From Armatimonadota bacterium (GTDB lineage Bacteria > Armatimonadota > SYMT01), in assembly GCA_041690135.1 (NCBI GenBank), contig JAWLHY010000001.1:256001-320000 (forward strand): a DNA stretch of 64,000 nucleotides, written 5' to 3'. Positions within the stretch are counted from its first letter, which is position 1, and every line of letters starts with the position of its first letter. Below, one piece after another: positions 51,077 through 61,126 of the stretch. The position numbers and the translations under genes are program-made. The notes beneath the pieces are model-generated. The model saw only the letters and a list, made by a program, of their open reading frames with translations, did no database searches and was not told where the DNA came from.

Positions 51077-51389
51077 TTGGGGAAGCCACAGATTTCACAG
51101 ATTATGAGAAAGTGTAAGGAAAAAACTGGTCTGGAAGCGCGCGACCTTGCCTATAGGGGAAGCGAACCGGAAAGGAGGCAAAGGGAAAGAGTTTCACAGG
51201 TAATGCAGCCCACGGCCCGTATGGGATGGAAATGATGGGAAGGGAATCCCTCCTGCGACTGGCGCAAGTGACGGTGGAAGCTCGCAACAATGTCTGTTCG
51301 GATCGGGTCTCAATGCTGGAGCATCTGAACAGGAACAGTAATCTCCGCCGCACACTACTTCGCTTTGACGATCGCATTGAGGTGATACG

Positions 51390-53135
51390 ATGAGCCTTCG
51401 CCGGGGATTCGCCTCACTGAGCTCTCTCCATGCGTTGAGAGTAAGGCCTCTGTGGCTTCCTGCGCTCTCTGCCTGGACGGGGCTGTGTATCTGTGCGAGT
51501 ATGCTTGCCGGTGCGGCCAGGGCGGCCCCGGCGAAGAAGCTTCCGGTGGAGTTTCAGGCCGCCTCCCTGAGCGCCGTAGTCGAGCACCTGGAGGACCGGC
51601 ATGCGCGGAAGCTGCGACTCTCCAGGGGCTTGAAGTACCAGAAAGTTACTCTGGTCTCGCCCCAGGAGATTGAGCCTGACGTGCTTCTGCCCGGCATCGC
51701 CGCTCTCCTGCAGTCCCGGTGGACAACGGACCGAGAGAGCAGTATCTCGACCCTCGAGCGAGACCCCGCAGTCGAAAAGATGCTGCGGGACCACGTTGAA
51801 GTGGAAGAGGCGCTCCGAACTCGCGCCGTGGCAGAGCAGAAGGCGAGAATGCGGGATGCCTTTGCACACGCACGCAGGAAGATCGAAGAGCCGGAGGAGG
51901 AGTTGGAACCCGGCCACCTGGGCCGAAGAGGTGTCGAACCTCATTCGGAACCTCTACTTCGCTTCATGGAGACGCTTTCACCCGGAGACTGGTCCCGTAT
52001 ACTGAAAAACGTGCAGTTCGTGCGGCGGCAGCAAACGGGGGCAACTTCCATCACGCCCTACGAACCAATTGTGGCATGGCCTTTCTCCAGCCTGTCCGGC
52101 AAGCAACAGGAACTGGTCCGTTCTTATATCCGGAGCATCTCGGACAACCCGGCGGATTACTCCGGAATGGCGATCTTCATCGCGAATCGAAACGGACAAC
52201 ATCTCGTGATGGGTGTCTACGACCGCTACTGGGGCGAGGCCTCGATTCTCAAAACGGCGAGCGGAAAGGCACTGGAAGACCTGGAAGCCCATGTGTTGGC
52301 GCCCATCTTCTCGCCAAAAGGTCCCCGCTTTTCCAAGGACGTGCCTTCAGCACTAAAGTCACGAGCAAATGACCTTATACAAGTCGACTGGCGGGAGGTG
52401 GACTATGCGAGCGCGTGTCAATCCGTATCGCGAACTTTGAAGGTACCGGTCCTTGCCGATTACTACACCCTTCGTTCCTACACGCACCTGTCCCGCAAGG
52501 GGCGGCTGACCGTGAAAGAGCTCTTCGCGCTGCTCCACCGGAAGTTCGGGTGCTGGTTCGCCTGGAAAGATGGTCTGCTATTGATCCGCCGCCCGGATTG
52601 GCCCCTGCTTGACGAACGAGAGATTCCCGAACCGATACTGAAGAACTGTGTCCTTGTCCGGCGGCGGCAGGGGATCAACGTGACCCTGGGCCTTCCATTC
52701 TTGATGCAGTTGGCCTCATGGATTAACGAGCCGCAGATCGCATGTTTGCAGGCGTTTTCGGACCGTACCGACCGTACCGTCGAGTTCTCCATGGAGGCAG
52801 ACTTGCTACGGAAGGAGTTTCCTTTGCTCCGCCTGCTCGCATCATTGAGCGCGGGCCAGAGGGGCAGGTTCTTCACCACGGGGATACCTCTTGCGGAGGC
52901 CTATCGCGCGGACCCACGTTCCTACCTCCAACTGGTGCGAGCCCGCGCTCCATGGCTGCTCAATGGAACTGCGGGAGCGCAGAGCCTGGTGCGCTGTGTA
53001 CCGGCTTCCGCTGGAACGTACTTCGCCGCCATGTATCCGCCAGGCACCACCCCTCTCCGCCTGGAATTCGCGATGAGTGGCTCCCGCCAGCCCAGCCGGT
53101 TTGGGCTGGTCACCTCGCTCTTCCGAATGGATTGA
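51390..53135 (+). CDS. Large secreted hypothetical protein
   Basis: GAGGTG SD; hydrophobic segment ending AARA-A; weaker GC3 bias than neighbours; no recognised family. Confidence 0.7.
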   Translation: MSLRRGFASLSSLHALRVRPLWLPALSAWTGLCICASMLAGAARAAPAKKLPVEFQAASLSAVVEHLEDRHARKLRLSRGLKYQKVTLVSPQEIEPDVLLPGIAALLQSRWTTDRESSISTLERDPAVEKMLRDHVEVEEALRTRAVAEQKARMRDAFAHARRKIEEPEEELEPGHLGRRGVEPHSEPLLRFMETLSPGDWSRILKNVQFVRRQQTGATSITPYEPIVAWPFSSLSGKQQELVRSYIRSISDNPADYSGMAIFIANRNGQHLVMGVYDRYWGEASILKTASGKALEDLEAHVLAPIFSPKGPRFSKDVPSALKSRANDLIQVDWREVDYASACQSVSRTLKVPVLADYYTLRSYTHLSRKGRLTVKELFALLHRKFGCWFAWKDGLLLIRRPDWPLLDEREIPEPILKNCVLVRRRQGINVTLGLPFLMQLASWINEPQIACLQAFSDRTDRTVEFSMEADLLRKEFPLLRLLASLSAGQRGRFFTTGIPLAEAYRADPRSYLQLVRARAPWLLNGTAGAQSLVRCVPASAGTYFAAMYPPGTTPLRLEFAMSGSRQPSRFGLVTSLFRMD

Positions 53136-53243
53136 AAACCTCCCCGGCGGCGGATCGCGCAGCAACCGTACCCCACCCAGGTTCAAAGGGGCCATCTACC
53201 TCGGGAAACACGCTGAAGCGCAACTGGAAGGAGGCAGGGGAAC

Positions 53244-53525
53244 GAGTCCACAGATGACGCAGATTGAAGAGATGAGACGAACCAGGGTCCACCTCCGCCA
53301 CACCGCACAGCATGAAAACTGTGAACCTCACGAGCGGAGGGCCAGTGAACCGCAAGAGTTCAGGGAGCAATCCGCTTCCCAATCTTTCTAATCTGCGTCA
53401 TCTGTGGACTCCCCAAATCGGGTCCTTTCATTTCCGCGTCATTCAGCGTGTTCTCCCTTGACCCGTATGGACGCGGGCCACTTCCGGTTCGCTATATCTT
53501 TCCAATCTGCGTCATCTGTGGACTC
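53244..53525. repeat. 30-bp element ATCTTTCCAATCTGCGTCATCTGTGGACTC, three copies (one inverted)
   Basis: 53244-53273 (inverted), 53382-53411 and 53496-53525; a further copy at 38723-38752 and a relative at 51086-51103. Confidence 0.85.
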
Positions 53526-53530
53526 TTCCC

Positions 53531-54829
53531 TTACCCGGCGGGGCGGGGTAGGGTATCGGCGTCAGGGGTGGGGGCTTCGGCGGGGCGGGGGAGGGCGGTG
53601 TCGTCCGGCAGGGGCGCCTGGGCGGGGCGGGGGAGCGCCGAGCGGGCTTCGAGCTCGGCAATCGCCTGCGCCAGCATTTCGCGGATGGCGGGGTTCGCCT
53701 GGTGGAGGTGGCGAGCCGTGAGGCGGATCTCCGGCAACGCCTCCAGGCAACTGAACCGGGCGAGCGCCGCCGCTGCGTAGGCGGACCGGGAGGGCTGTGG
53801 GTCATCCAGCGCCGGCATGAAGGCCCGGGAGAACGCTTCGGCTCGCGGGCGGAGCGTTTCCAGGGCGCCGAGATCTCCGTTCAGCACCTGCTGGAACTGG
53901 TCCACGGCAGTCCCCTCTCCCAGCTTGCGCAGAGCCTCCGCTGCCTCTGCCCCAAGGGTTCTGTTCTCAACCCAAACGGGTGATCCCAGCAGCGGAATCA
54001 AGGCAGGGATCGTGCGAGGATCCCCGATCTCACCCAGGGCGTACACCGCCTTGAGACGCAGCACCGGGTCGCGGTCGGAAAGGACCCGCACCAGAGGGGC
54101 GACCGCTTCCGGAACCTTTAGCCGCGCCAGGCGGTCCGCCGCCCGCCACCGGGCCGGATCTCCCTGCCAGAGCAAGAGGTTGTTGGCCGTCACCTGACCT
54201 CCCGGCCCACGCAGAATGTTCATGTGCAGGACGGGGTCGTCTTCATAGGCGGAGTCCATGTGGCAGATGACTTGCAGCACCTCGCCGAACAACTCGAATA
54301 GCGATTTGAGCACTTCCAGGTCCCGGATGACTCCGGTTACTTGAAAGTAGAGCTCATCGACCCCCTGCGGAAATTGGGCGCCGAACCAGCCCTCATCGTC
54401 CTTGATATCCAGGTAGAAAGCCGGTTGGCGTTGGACCAGCTCGCGAACCCGTGGTTGCCCGAGAAGATACCGGGCCTTGCTTTCGTCGTTGGTCTTCACG
54501 ACGAAGTCGGTGTCGAACGGCTCGTGGCCGATCTCCACGTCCTGCATGCCGAAGAGCTTTCCCAGTCCCGTGAAGATCCCGGCGCGATAGACCGTCAACC
54601 GGAGACTGTCGTGGTTGACGAAGGGCGCGCGCATACGGGTATAGGTGACGCTCGATTTTCCGGTGGAGACGGTGTACGTATCGAGGGTGATGATCCAGTC
54701 GCCGGCGCGAGCCTGGACAATCTTGCCGGTCCACCAGCCGGGGTCGATGTAGTCTCCACCGATCTGGCGCGCCAACTCGCTCCAAACTTCGTGCTGACTC
54801 GGTCCAAAGAGGTCTTTGAGAAATCCCAT
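53531..54829 (-). CDS. HEAT/PBS-lyase repeat protein with a conserved N-terminal domain of unknown function
   Basis: MGFLKDLFGPSQHEVW...YTRMRAPF N-domain; AVYALGEIGDPRTIPALIPLL repeats; C-terminal LPRPA x3. Confidence 0.8.
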   Translation of the reverse strand: MGFLKDLFGPSQHEVWSELARQIGGDYIDPGWWTGKIVQARAGDWIITLDTYTVSTGKSSVTYTRMRAPFVNHDSLRLTVYRAGIFTGLGKLFGMQDVEIGHEPFDTDFVVKTNDESKARYLLGQPRVRELVQRQPAFYLDIKDDEGWFGAQFPQGVDELYFQVTGVIRDLEVLKSLFELFGEVLQVICHMDSAYEDDPVLHMNILRGPGGQVTANNLLLWQGDPARWRAADRLARLKVPEAVAPLVRVLSDRDPVLRLKAVYALGEIGDPRTIPALIPLLGSPVWVENRTLGAEAAEALRKLGEGTAVDQFQQVLNGDLGALETLRPRAEAFSRAFMPALDDPQPSRSAYAAAALARFSCLEALPEIRLTARHLHQANPAIREMLAQAIAELEARSALPRPAQAPLPDDTALPRPAEAPTPDADTLPRPAG

Positions 54830-54910
54830 AGGGAACTAGCATTACAATGAAGAGATACTTCACCGAGCGTGACATCACTCTCTTGCGAGTGGGTTTGCCT
54901 CGAGCGCGGC

Positions 54911-54960
54911 GAGTCCGCGAAGGCGGACTTCGTGCCGTTTCAGCCGCGGTTTTAACCGCC
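54911..54960 (+). repeat. REP-like palindromic element
   Basis: GAGTCCGC GAAG GCGGACTT CGTGCCGTT.CAGCCGCGGTTTTAACCGCC; the related GTGCCGTT.GTAGCGACCGCGGTTTCAA occurs at about 20083-20110. Confidence 0.6.
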
Positions 54961-55172
54961 TAACCTAGAGCCGTCGTAGTAGTAGTACTAGACGTGTCGG
55001 ACGGGAGGATGGTTGCGGCAATCCCAACCCGAACCAGGGACTGGGGAACCGACTTGGGCAACGGGCCTTCCCCAATCTCCAGCTTCGCCCCTGCACCAGT
55101 CTTGCCGAGCGGGAATCCCCTCTTACCGCATTTACGTGCGGGAGTGCCGATCCCTCCGCTGAACAACCCACC

Positions 55173-55209
55173 AAGAAGGGGGTAGGCCAGTCGGGCCTAC
55201 CCCCTTCTT
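55173..55209. terminator. Strong hairpin, probable terminator
   Basis: AAGAAGGGGGTAGGCC-AGTCG-GGCCTACCCCCTTCTT. Confidence 0.7.
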
Positions 55210-55357
55210 ATGACTTACCTCACCCGTTAACCGGGCTCCGATCAATACGCACCGCAGAAATCCCTACCTCACGGCAATATCCACGATGCTCCGTCTTCTT
55301 CCGCGTTATTCCGTGTGTTCCGCGGGCATAAACTGTCCCTCAACCCAGCGGTCTGGT

Positions 55358-56698
55358 TTAGGTGAGGCCGGAAAGGCGGCCGGTGCTGTCGCCCAGCGAG
55401 TGCACCGGCACCTGCATCCGGTCGAGGATGGAGAGGTACAGGTTGTTCAGCGGGGTGTTCTTGGGATACACGATGTGCCGGCCGGGTTTGACCGTCCCGT
55501 TGGCGCCGCCGACCAGGAGGATCGGCAGGTCGTCGTGGTTGTGCCGGTCGCCATCACTCAGACCAGAGCCGTAGAGGAACATGCAGTGGTCGAGCATGGT
55601 GCCGTCCCCTTCACGGATGGAGCGCAGGCGGTTGACGAAGTAGGCGAAGTGCTCCACATGCAGCTTATTGATCGCCTTGATCTTCTGGTGCTTCACCGGG
55701 TCCATCTGGTGGTGCGACAGCTCGTGGTGTCCCTCCGAGATGCCGATCATCTTGTAGTTCCGGTTGCTGCCCTCGTTGGCGAACATGAAGGTCGAGATGC
55801 GGGTGAGGTCCGCCTGGTAGGCCAGCACCAGCATGTCGAGCATCAGCTTCAGGTGTTCTGCGTAGTCCTGTGGGATCCCCGTGGGGCGGGTGGCGCCCTT
55901 CGGGGCATTGGTGCCGGTGCTGCCGGCCAGTTCCAGCCGCTTCTCGATCTCACGAACCCCCGTGAAGTATTCGTCCAGCTTCTGCTGGTCCTTCACGCCG
56001 AGCTGGTTCTTGAGCCGGTTGGCGTCTTCCAGCACGAAGTCCAGAATGCTCTTCTTGTAGCGGTCGCGCTTGGCGCGGGTCTCCGCCATTTCCAGCGGGT
56101 CGCCGTTGCCGAAGAGGCGATCGAAGACGAGGCGCGGATCGACTTCCTTCGCGACCGGCGTGTTCTCCGAGCTCCAGGAGATGTTGGAGGAGTAAGCGCA
56201 GCTATAGCCGGAGTCGCAGTTGCCGGCCTGGGCGCCGCGCTCAATGCCCAGCTCCAGGGACGAGAAGCGCGTGTTCTTGCCGATCTGCTGGGCCGCGTAC
56301 TGGTCCACGGAGATGCCGGCCTTGATATCGGCGCCCGGCGTCTTGCGCGGCTGGCAGCCGGTGAGGAAGGCGGAGGCGGAGCGGGCGTGGTCGCCGGCGC
56401 CATCCCCGTTCGGCCGGGCCTTGTCGCAGGTGAGGCCGGTGAGAACGGTCAGCCGGTCCTTGGCGCTCTCCAGGGGGCTCAGGATCTCGGGCAGTCCGGT
56501 GAGGGCGCCTTCCGCCTGGGGTCGCCAGTCCGCCATGTGGATTCCGTTCGGCACGTAGAAGAAACCCAGGCGAAGCGGGGCCTTCTTGCCGGTCGGGGCC
56601 GCCAGCACGCTGGAAGGAAGCATCGCTTCCAGCAACGGCAGCGCCATCGCGGTGCCAACTCCCTTGATGAACGTTCGACGAGGTAGCTGCGTGCTCAT
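55358..56698 (-). CDS. DUF1552-domain protein (Tat-like signal)
   Basis: PRRTFIKG.G..MALPLLEAM, YVPNG, ISVDQ, CDSGYSCAY..NISW, HHELSHH, GDSTG. Confidence 0.93.
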   Translation of the reverse strand: MSTQLPRRTFIKGVGTAMALPLLEAMLPSSVLAAPTGKKAPLRLGFFYVPNGIHMADWRPQAEGALTGLPEILSPLESAKDRLTVLTGLTCDKARPNGDGAGDHARSASAFLTGCQPRKTPGADIKAGISVDQYAAQQIGKNTRFSSLELGIERGAQAGNCDSGYSCAYSSNISWSSENTPVAKEVDPRLVFDRLFGNGDPLEMAETRAKRDRYKKSILDFVLEDANRLKNQLGVKDQQKLDEYFTGVREIEKRLELAGSTGTNAPKGATRPTGIPQDYAEHLKLMLDMLVLAYQADLTRISTFMFANEGSNRNYKMIGISEGHHELSHHQMDPVKHQKIKAINKLHVEHFAYFVNRLRSIREGDGTMLDHCMFLYGSGLSDGDRHNHDDLPILLVGGANGTVKPGRHIVYPKNTPLNNLYLSILDRMQVPVHSLGDSTGRLSGLT

Positions 56699-59113
56699 TT
56701 ATTCACCCATATCGCCTTTCCGCAGACGGAAAGGCTCACACTTCACGATTTCGGTAACGATTGCGGAGAACTTCCCGCCCTTTGCATCCGCGCGGCGGGC
56801 CATCACGTCAACGGAGCATTTGTCGTAGTATTCCAGACCTCGCCCCAGGGCGTAGGTCAGCATCTTCTCCGTAAAGTTCTTGAGGATCAAAGCCTTCTGA
56901 CGCTTGAGCGCGGTCTTGAGTTGCGCCGGACCGCTGAACTTCTGGCCGTTCGGAAGCGTCCCCGAGGGATCGATGGGACTTCCCCCGTCGATGGTCCGCC
57001 AGGCGCCGGTCGCGTCGAAGTTCTCAAAGCCGAACCCGATGGTGTCCATCTGGTCGTGGCAGGAGGCGCACACCGGGTTCGCGCGGTGCTGCTCCAGGCG
57101 CTGGCGGAGCGTGCCCGTCAGCTTCTTCCCCTGGCCTTCCTCTTCCAGCGGCGGCACGTTCGGCGGGGCCGGCGGGGGAGGGGTGCCCAGGATCTGTTCC
57201 ATCACCCACTTGCCGCGCTTCACCGGAGAGGTGCGGGTGGGATTGGAAGTAATGAGTAGCACGCTCGCCTGCGTCAGCACGCCGCCGCGCTGGCCGCCCT
57301 GCAGGGTGACCTTTCGGAACTCCTCGCCGGTCACGCCTGGAAGCCCGTAGTGCTTCGCCAGCCGCTCGTTGACAAAGGTGAAGTCGGAGTCGATGAAATC
57401 GAGAACCGGGCGGTCTTCCCGGATGATCGCCTCGAAGAAGAGGCGGGACTCCGTGAGCATGTCCGCGCGGAGCTTCTCGTTGAAGTTGGGGAAGATCTTG
57501 GTGTCCGGGCTGATGTTGGCCAGGTTCCGCAGCGTGAGCCACTGGTCCCCGAAATTCTCAACCAGCCCCTTCGCTTTCGGGTCCTTCAGCATCCGCACTG
57601 CCTGCGCTTCCAACACCTTCGTGTTCTTCAGCTTGCCCTGGGCGGCGAGTTCGAACAGCTCGGCGTCGGGCATGCTGCTCCAGAGGAAGTAGGAAAGCCG
57701 CGAGGCGAGCTCGTAGTCACCCAGGCTGCGGGTGGCGCTCACGTTCGTGGGGTCGGGATCCAACTCCACCCGGAACAGGAAGTTCGGGGAGCAGAGAATC
57801 GCCTGGGTGGCGAGCTGCACGCCTCGCTCGAAGCTGTCGCCCTCCTTCTCCGCCAGCGCCACGATCTTGACCAGCCGGTCGATCTCGGGGGCGGTTACCG
57901 GCCGGCGATAGGCGCGGTAGGCGAGCTGCTCCATGATCTTGCGCGCGCAGACATCCGTGTGCTTCTGGCCCGGTGGGCAGAGCTTGGGGTCGAAAACGCG
58001 CCGGTGTGATTCCGGGAGATTGGCCGTGCCCATCTCGATGGGACCGACGATCTCCAGGAAGTCGACCCCCAGGTTGCGATCCCGCTCGCGTGGATTGGGA
58101 GCCTTGGGCATGTAGAAGTCGTTGGTGAACACCACCGAGAACCGCTGCTTGCCGGGAGAAACGGTGGTGCGGAATTCGTAGACCTGCGGCGCATTCTGCT
58201 CCGCCGTAACGTCCACGACTTTGAGCTCCTGCGTGCCCAGGCGGAAGGAGAGCTTCGCGGCTTCGTCGCCCGCCTTCTGCTGGAAGGCCCGCGCGCGCAG
58301 AATGTATTCGCCCTTCCGCGGGAATTGGTAATCTACGAAGACCGCCCCGTTCGAATGCAGCATGCGACCGAATGAGGCCACCACGCCATCGCCACCGGTG
58401 GTGGGCATGCGCTCCGCTTCAAAACGGCTCACTGGGCCGGCGCGGTCTTCCGGGGCCAGGATCGCCTGGCGGGTGATCTTCTCCGCGGCGGCGACGTACT
58501 TCTCCATCAGGAGGGGGGAAATGGTCAGCACGTCGCCGATGTTGTCGAAGCCGTAGCCGACGTCGTCGGAGGGGAAGTCGTCCGCCGGGCGGAAGTCCAC
58601 CCCCAGCAGGTCCCGCACGGTGTTGTTGTACTCGGCACGGTTCAGGCGACGCATGGTGACGCGGCCGGGGTCTTTCAGGCCGCAGTCCACCTGGGCCATC
58701 TTGGTCTGTACCCAGGTGAGGAGGCGCTCCTTCTCCACGGCGGTTGGCTGCGGCGCGTTCTTCGGAGGCATGCTGCCGGTCTGGATGTGCTGGACCGTCT
58801 TCTCCCAGACGCTGCGGGCCTTGGCGATCGAGCTTTCGTCCTTGTAGGCCTGGAAGTTCAGCCCGGCGATCTGGTTGTTGTTCCCGTGGCAGGCGCCGCA
58901 GTACTTGACCATGAAGGGAGCCACATCTTTGGCGAAGCCGTTCGCGGTCGTCTTCGCCGCGGCGGTCTTCTTGACGACCGGCTTCCGGGCCGCCGCCTTC
59001 CGGGTCGTTACCTTCTTCGCAGGCGCACGGCGCTTCGCCGGTTCGGCCGCATACAACACCAGGGCCGGACCCAGAACCAGGGTCAACGCTCCCGCCGCTA
59101 CACCAATACGCAT
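56699..59113 (-). CDS. DUF1592/1588/1585/1587/1595 c-type cytochrome protein
   Basis: CGACH and CASCH heme motifs, RRLNRAEYNNTVRDL, ELASRLSYFLWSS.PD, TSPVKRG. Confidence 0.93.
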   Translation of the reverse strand: MRIGVAAGALTLVLGPALVLYAAEPAKRRAPAKKVTTRKAAARKPVVKKTAAAKTTANGFAKDVAPFMVKYCGACHGNNNQIAGLNFQAYKDESSIAKARSVWEKTVQHIQTGSMPPKNAPQPTAVEKERLLTWVQTKMAQVDCGLKDPGRVTMRRLNRAEYNNTVRDLLGVDFRPADDFPSDDVGYGFDNIGDVLTISPLLMEKYVAAAEKITRQAILAPEDRAGPVSRFEAERMPTTGGDGVVASFGRMLHSNGAVFVDYQFPRKGEYILRARAFQQKAGDEAAKLSFRLGTQELKVVDVTAEQNAPQVYEFRTTVSPGKQRFSVVFTNDFYMPKAPNPRERDRNLGVDFLEIVGPIEMGTANLPESHRRVFDPKLCPPGQKHTDVCARKIMEQLAYRAYRRPVTAPEIDRLVKIVALAEKEGDSFERGVQLATQAILCSPNFLFRVELDPDPTNVSATRSLGDYELASRLSYFLWSSMPDAELFELAAQGKLKNTKVLEAQAVRMLKDPKAKGLVENFGDQWLTLRNLANISPDTKIFPNFNEKLRADMLTESRLFFEAIIREDRPVLDFIDSDFTFVNERLAKHYGLPGVTGEEFRKVTLQGGQRGGVLTQASVLLITSNPTRTSPVKRGKWVMEQILGTPPPPAPPNVPPLEEEGQGKKLTGTLRQRLEQHRANPVCASCHDQMDTIGFGFENFDATGAWRTIDGGSPIDPSGTLPNGQKFSGPAQLKTALKRQKALILKNFTEKMLTYALGRGLEYYDKCSVDVMARRADAKGGKFSAIVTEIVKCEPFRLRKGDMGE

Positions 59114-59473
59114 TCAGCTCTCTCCCGCCGGTCCGCTTCCACATTGAACGGTAAAACCGGCCCTGACCGCAGGATACCCGCTTCCGAACCGCTCGCCGCG
59201 CACTCGGTATGCGTTCCCCTGCTTATACTACGCCAGAGACGGTCCAACGTTCACTGCTAGATGCAGTCTGCGTCTTGTATGCGCCTTGAGCTTTCCTAGC
59301 GGGAACTGGAGGGAGGGGGCCGGGGCGACCCGGCAGCGTGCCAGGCGTGCCCAGAAGAAGGCAATCGCGTGGGGCTGAACTTGCGGCGCGCCTCAAGTGA
59401 ACCCCTCCGGATGCCAGTATTCAGCCGGAGGGATGGAGGGTCATGGGTACGGGCGACGGAGGATGCAGCGTTG

Positions 59474-59839
59474 ATGCCTGGGAGTCAGCGGCAGGAACAG
59501 GAAGGGCACAGGGTAGCCTGCCGGCACTGTGGGTTTCCTATTGAGAGGCGCTCGGACCTCTACATCGTGGGGCGCTGTCTTGTTCCGGTACACGGAGATT
59601 GCCGAAAGGACTACAACGCCTCTCTCCCGTGGCACCAGCAGTCGTGGCCGATGAACCGTTGGTCATCGCTGCTGAAGTTCAACGCACTTCTATTACTCGG
59701 GGTGCTTTTTACGCGACTGGCCCGCCCCGATCTGCCGGCCGGGGATAGTGTGCCATTCGTTCTTATCCCCAATCTGTGGCTGCTGGTGGGTCGAGCCGTC
59801 TGCTACTTCTCTATCGAACGGCATGTGCCTAAGGAGTAG
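59474..59839 (+). CDS. Small membrane protein with a CxxC...HxxC motif
   Basis: CRHC, HGDC and two C-terminal TM segments. Start uncertain. Confidence 0.55.
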   Translation: MPGSQRQEQEGHRVACRHCGFPIERRSDLYIVGRCLVPVHGDCRKDYNASLPWHQQSWPMNRWSSLLKFNALLLLGVLFTRLARPDLPAGDSVPFVLIPNLWLLVGRAVCYFSIERHVPKE

Positions 59840-59847
59840 GCGGACTC

Positions 59848-60897
59848 TCAACCCTGCACCGTGGTCCGCCAGACGGCGGGACGGCCGGCACGGGACCACA
59901 TCACGCGCGAGTTCGGCAAGAACTCCTCGGGAGGGGAGAGTTCCGTAGCCTTAGGAGCCGCTTTCTCGGCGTTGAACTCAGCGGAGCGGGTGATGATGAC
60001 CCGGCCAAGCGCCAGATCGCGGCGGAACTGGAGGCCCATGCCCGCGCTGCGCATCAGGTTGGCCATGGCGACACCCGTGAGGATACAGAGGGCGAGGGTC
60101 GTGCCGGGTGGATGTCCGGGCGCGGGGGTTCCGTGGATCGACGCATAGCCCAGTACGCCCCCCAACCAGAGGAGCAGCCCGAGTGCGACCAGGGTGGGTT
60201 TCAGCATCAGATGGCGCGCCAGGCCTTCCAACTCGCCCCGTTCAGCGGTCGAGAGCTCGCGCTGGCCCACGTGGATCTGCTGCGAGTCCTCCAGGGAGAG
60301 GCGGTCCAGCCACTCCGCCGCCACGGCCGCGAAGGGCGGCACATCCGCCACCCGGCGAATCTGAGTCTGGATCCAGCCGCGTGGACGCCCGCCGTTGACC
60401 CGCCAGACGAGATTTGAGCCGGGCAATACCTCCAGGCGTTCGGCGGAGGTATCCGTATCTCCATGGGCGCTTTGCCGCAGCAAACCGGAGCGCCGCAACC
60501 GGCGCAAGGTGCGGTCGAAAAGCTGGCGCGGGTCGACTTCCCCCTCAAAGAGCTCCGCCCGCCCCTGCCGGGCATCCCGGGCCAGTTGGCGGGCCCAGCC
60601 CACCCAACGGTGCATCGCATAGCCGAGCAGTGCGCTCACGGTGAGAAGCGCCAGCACCCCCAGGGCGGTGAGCGGGCTGACGGGCGCGTCGATCGCGCCG
60701 GCCAGGGCGACGGTGAGCAGCAGTAAGAGGATCAGGAAGGGTAAGACCAGGGCGGCGCCGCAGCCCAGGGCGGCGAAAGAGATCGCAGCGTTCCGGATCT
60801 CCATGCGCTCGTCGGGGGATAACTCACGCTCCCCGACCAGGCGCATCCCCGCCACCCAGAGGGTGGTTCCTTCGGTTTCCTTCCGTAGCTCACTCAT
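59848..60897 (-). CDS. Membrane protein built from an internal duplication
   Basis: RELS..ER.E / two TM / R.L.RD...GR / E.LP.S...W...G occurs twice. Confidence 0.75.
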   Translation of the reverse strand: MSELRKETEGTTLWVAGMRLVGERELSPDERMEIRNAAISFAALGCGAALVLPFLILLLLLTVALAGAIDAPVSPLTALGVLALLTVSALLGYAMHRWVGWARQLARDARQGRAELFEGEVDPRQLFDRTLRRLRRSGLLRQSAHGDTDTSAERLEVLPGSNLVWRVNGGRPRGWIQTQIRRVADVPPFAAVAAEWLDRLSLEDSQQIHVGQRELSTAERGELEGLARHLMLKPTLVALGLLLWLGGVLGYASIHGTPAPGHPPGTTLALCILTGVAMANLMRSAGMGLQFRRDLALGRVIITRSAEFNAEKAAPKATELSPPEEFLPNSRVMWSRAGRPAVWRTTVQG

Positions 60898-61126
60898 GGT
60901 TCTAACACCATGTTAGCGTGTATCGAGGGATTCTGCCGTCGGAGCCTGCCACTTTAGGTTCCCCTCTGCCCTGTTGCCCGGCAGCAAGCCTGGTGTAGCG
61001 CCCCGTCCACGTAGGGTGGAGACTCCGTGCCCGCCAGGTCCTGGTGCCGCGCCCGTCCTGACGGCCGGTACCCGTACTCGGAGCCCGTACCGCCTCCACT
61101 CCCGGCCTGGGAAATCCACCCGCCCC

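Noticed and set aside
54960-55185. Short ORFs and a (GTA)n run
   Set aside because: No SD or motif support; the trinucleotide run is too short to be meaningful.
61011-61100. GTAG-starting REP-like stretch downstream of mqnE
   Set aside because: Pairing is weak and there is no close second copy in the window.
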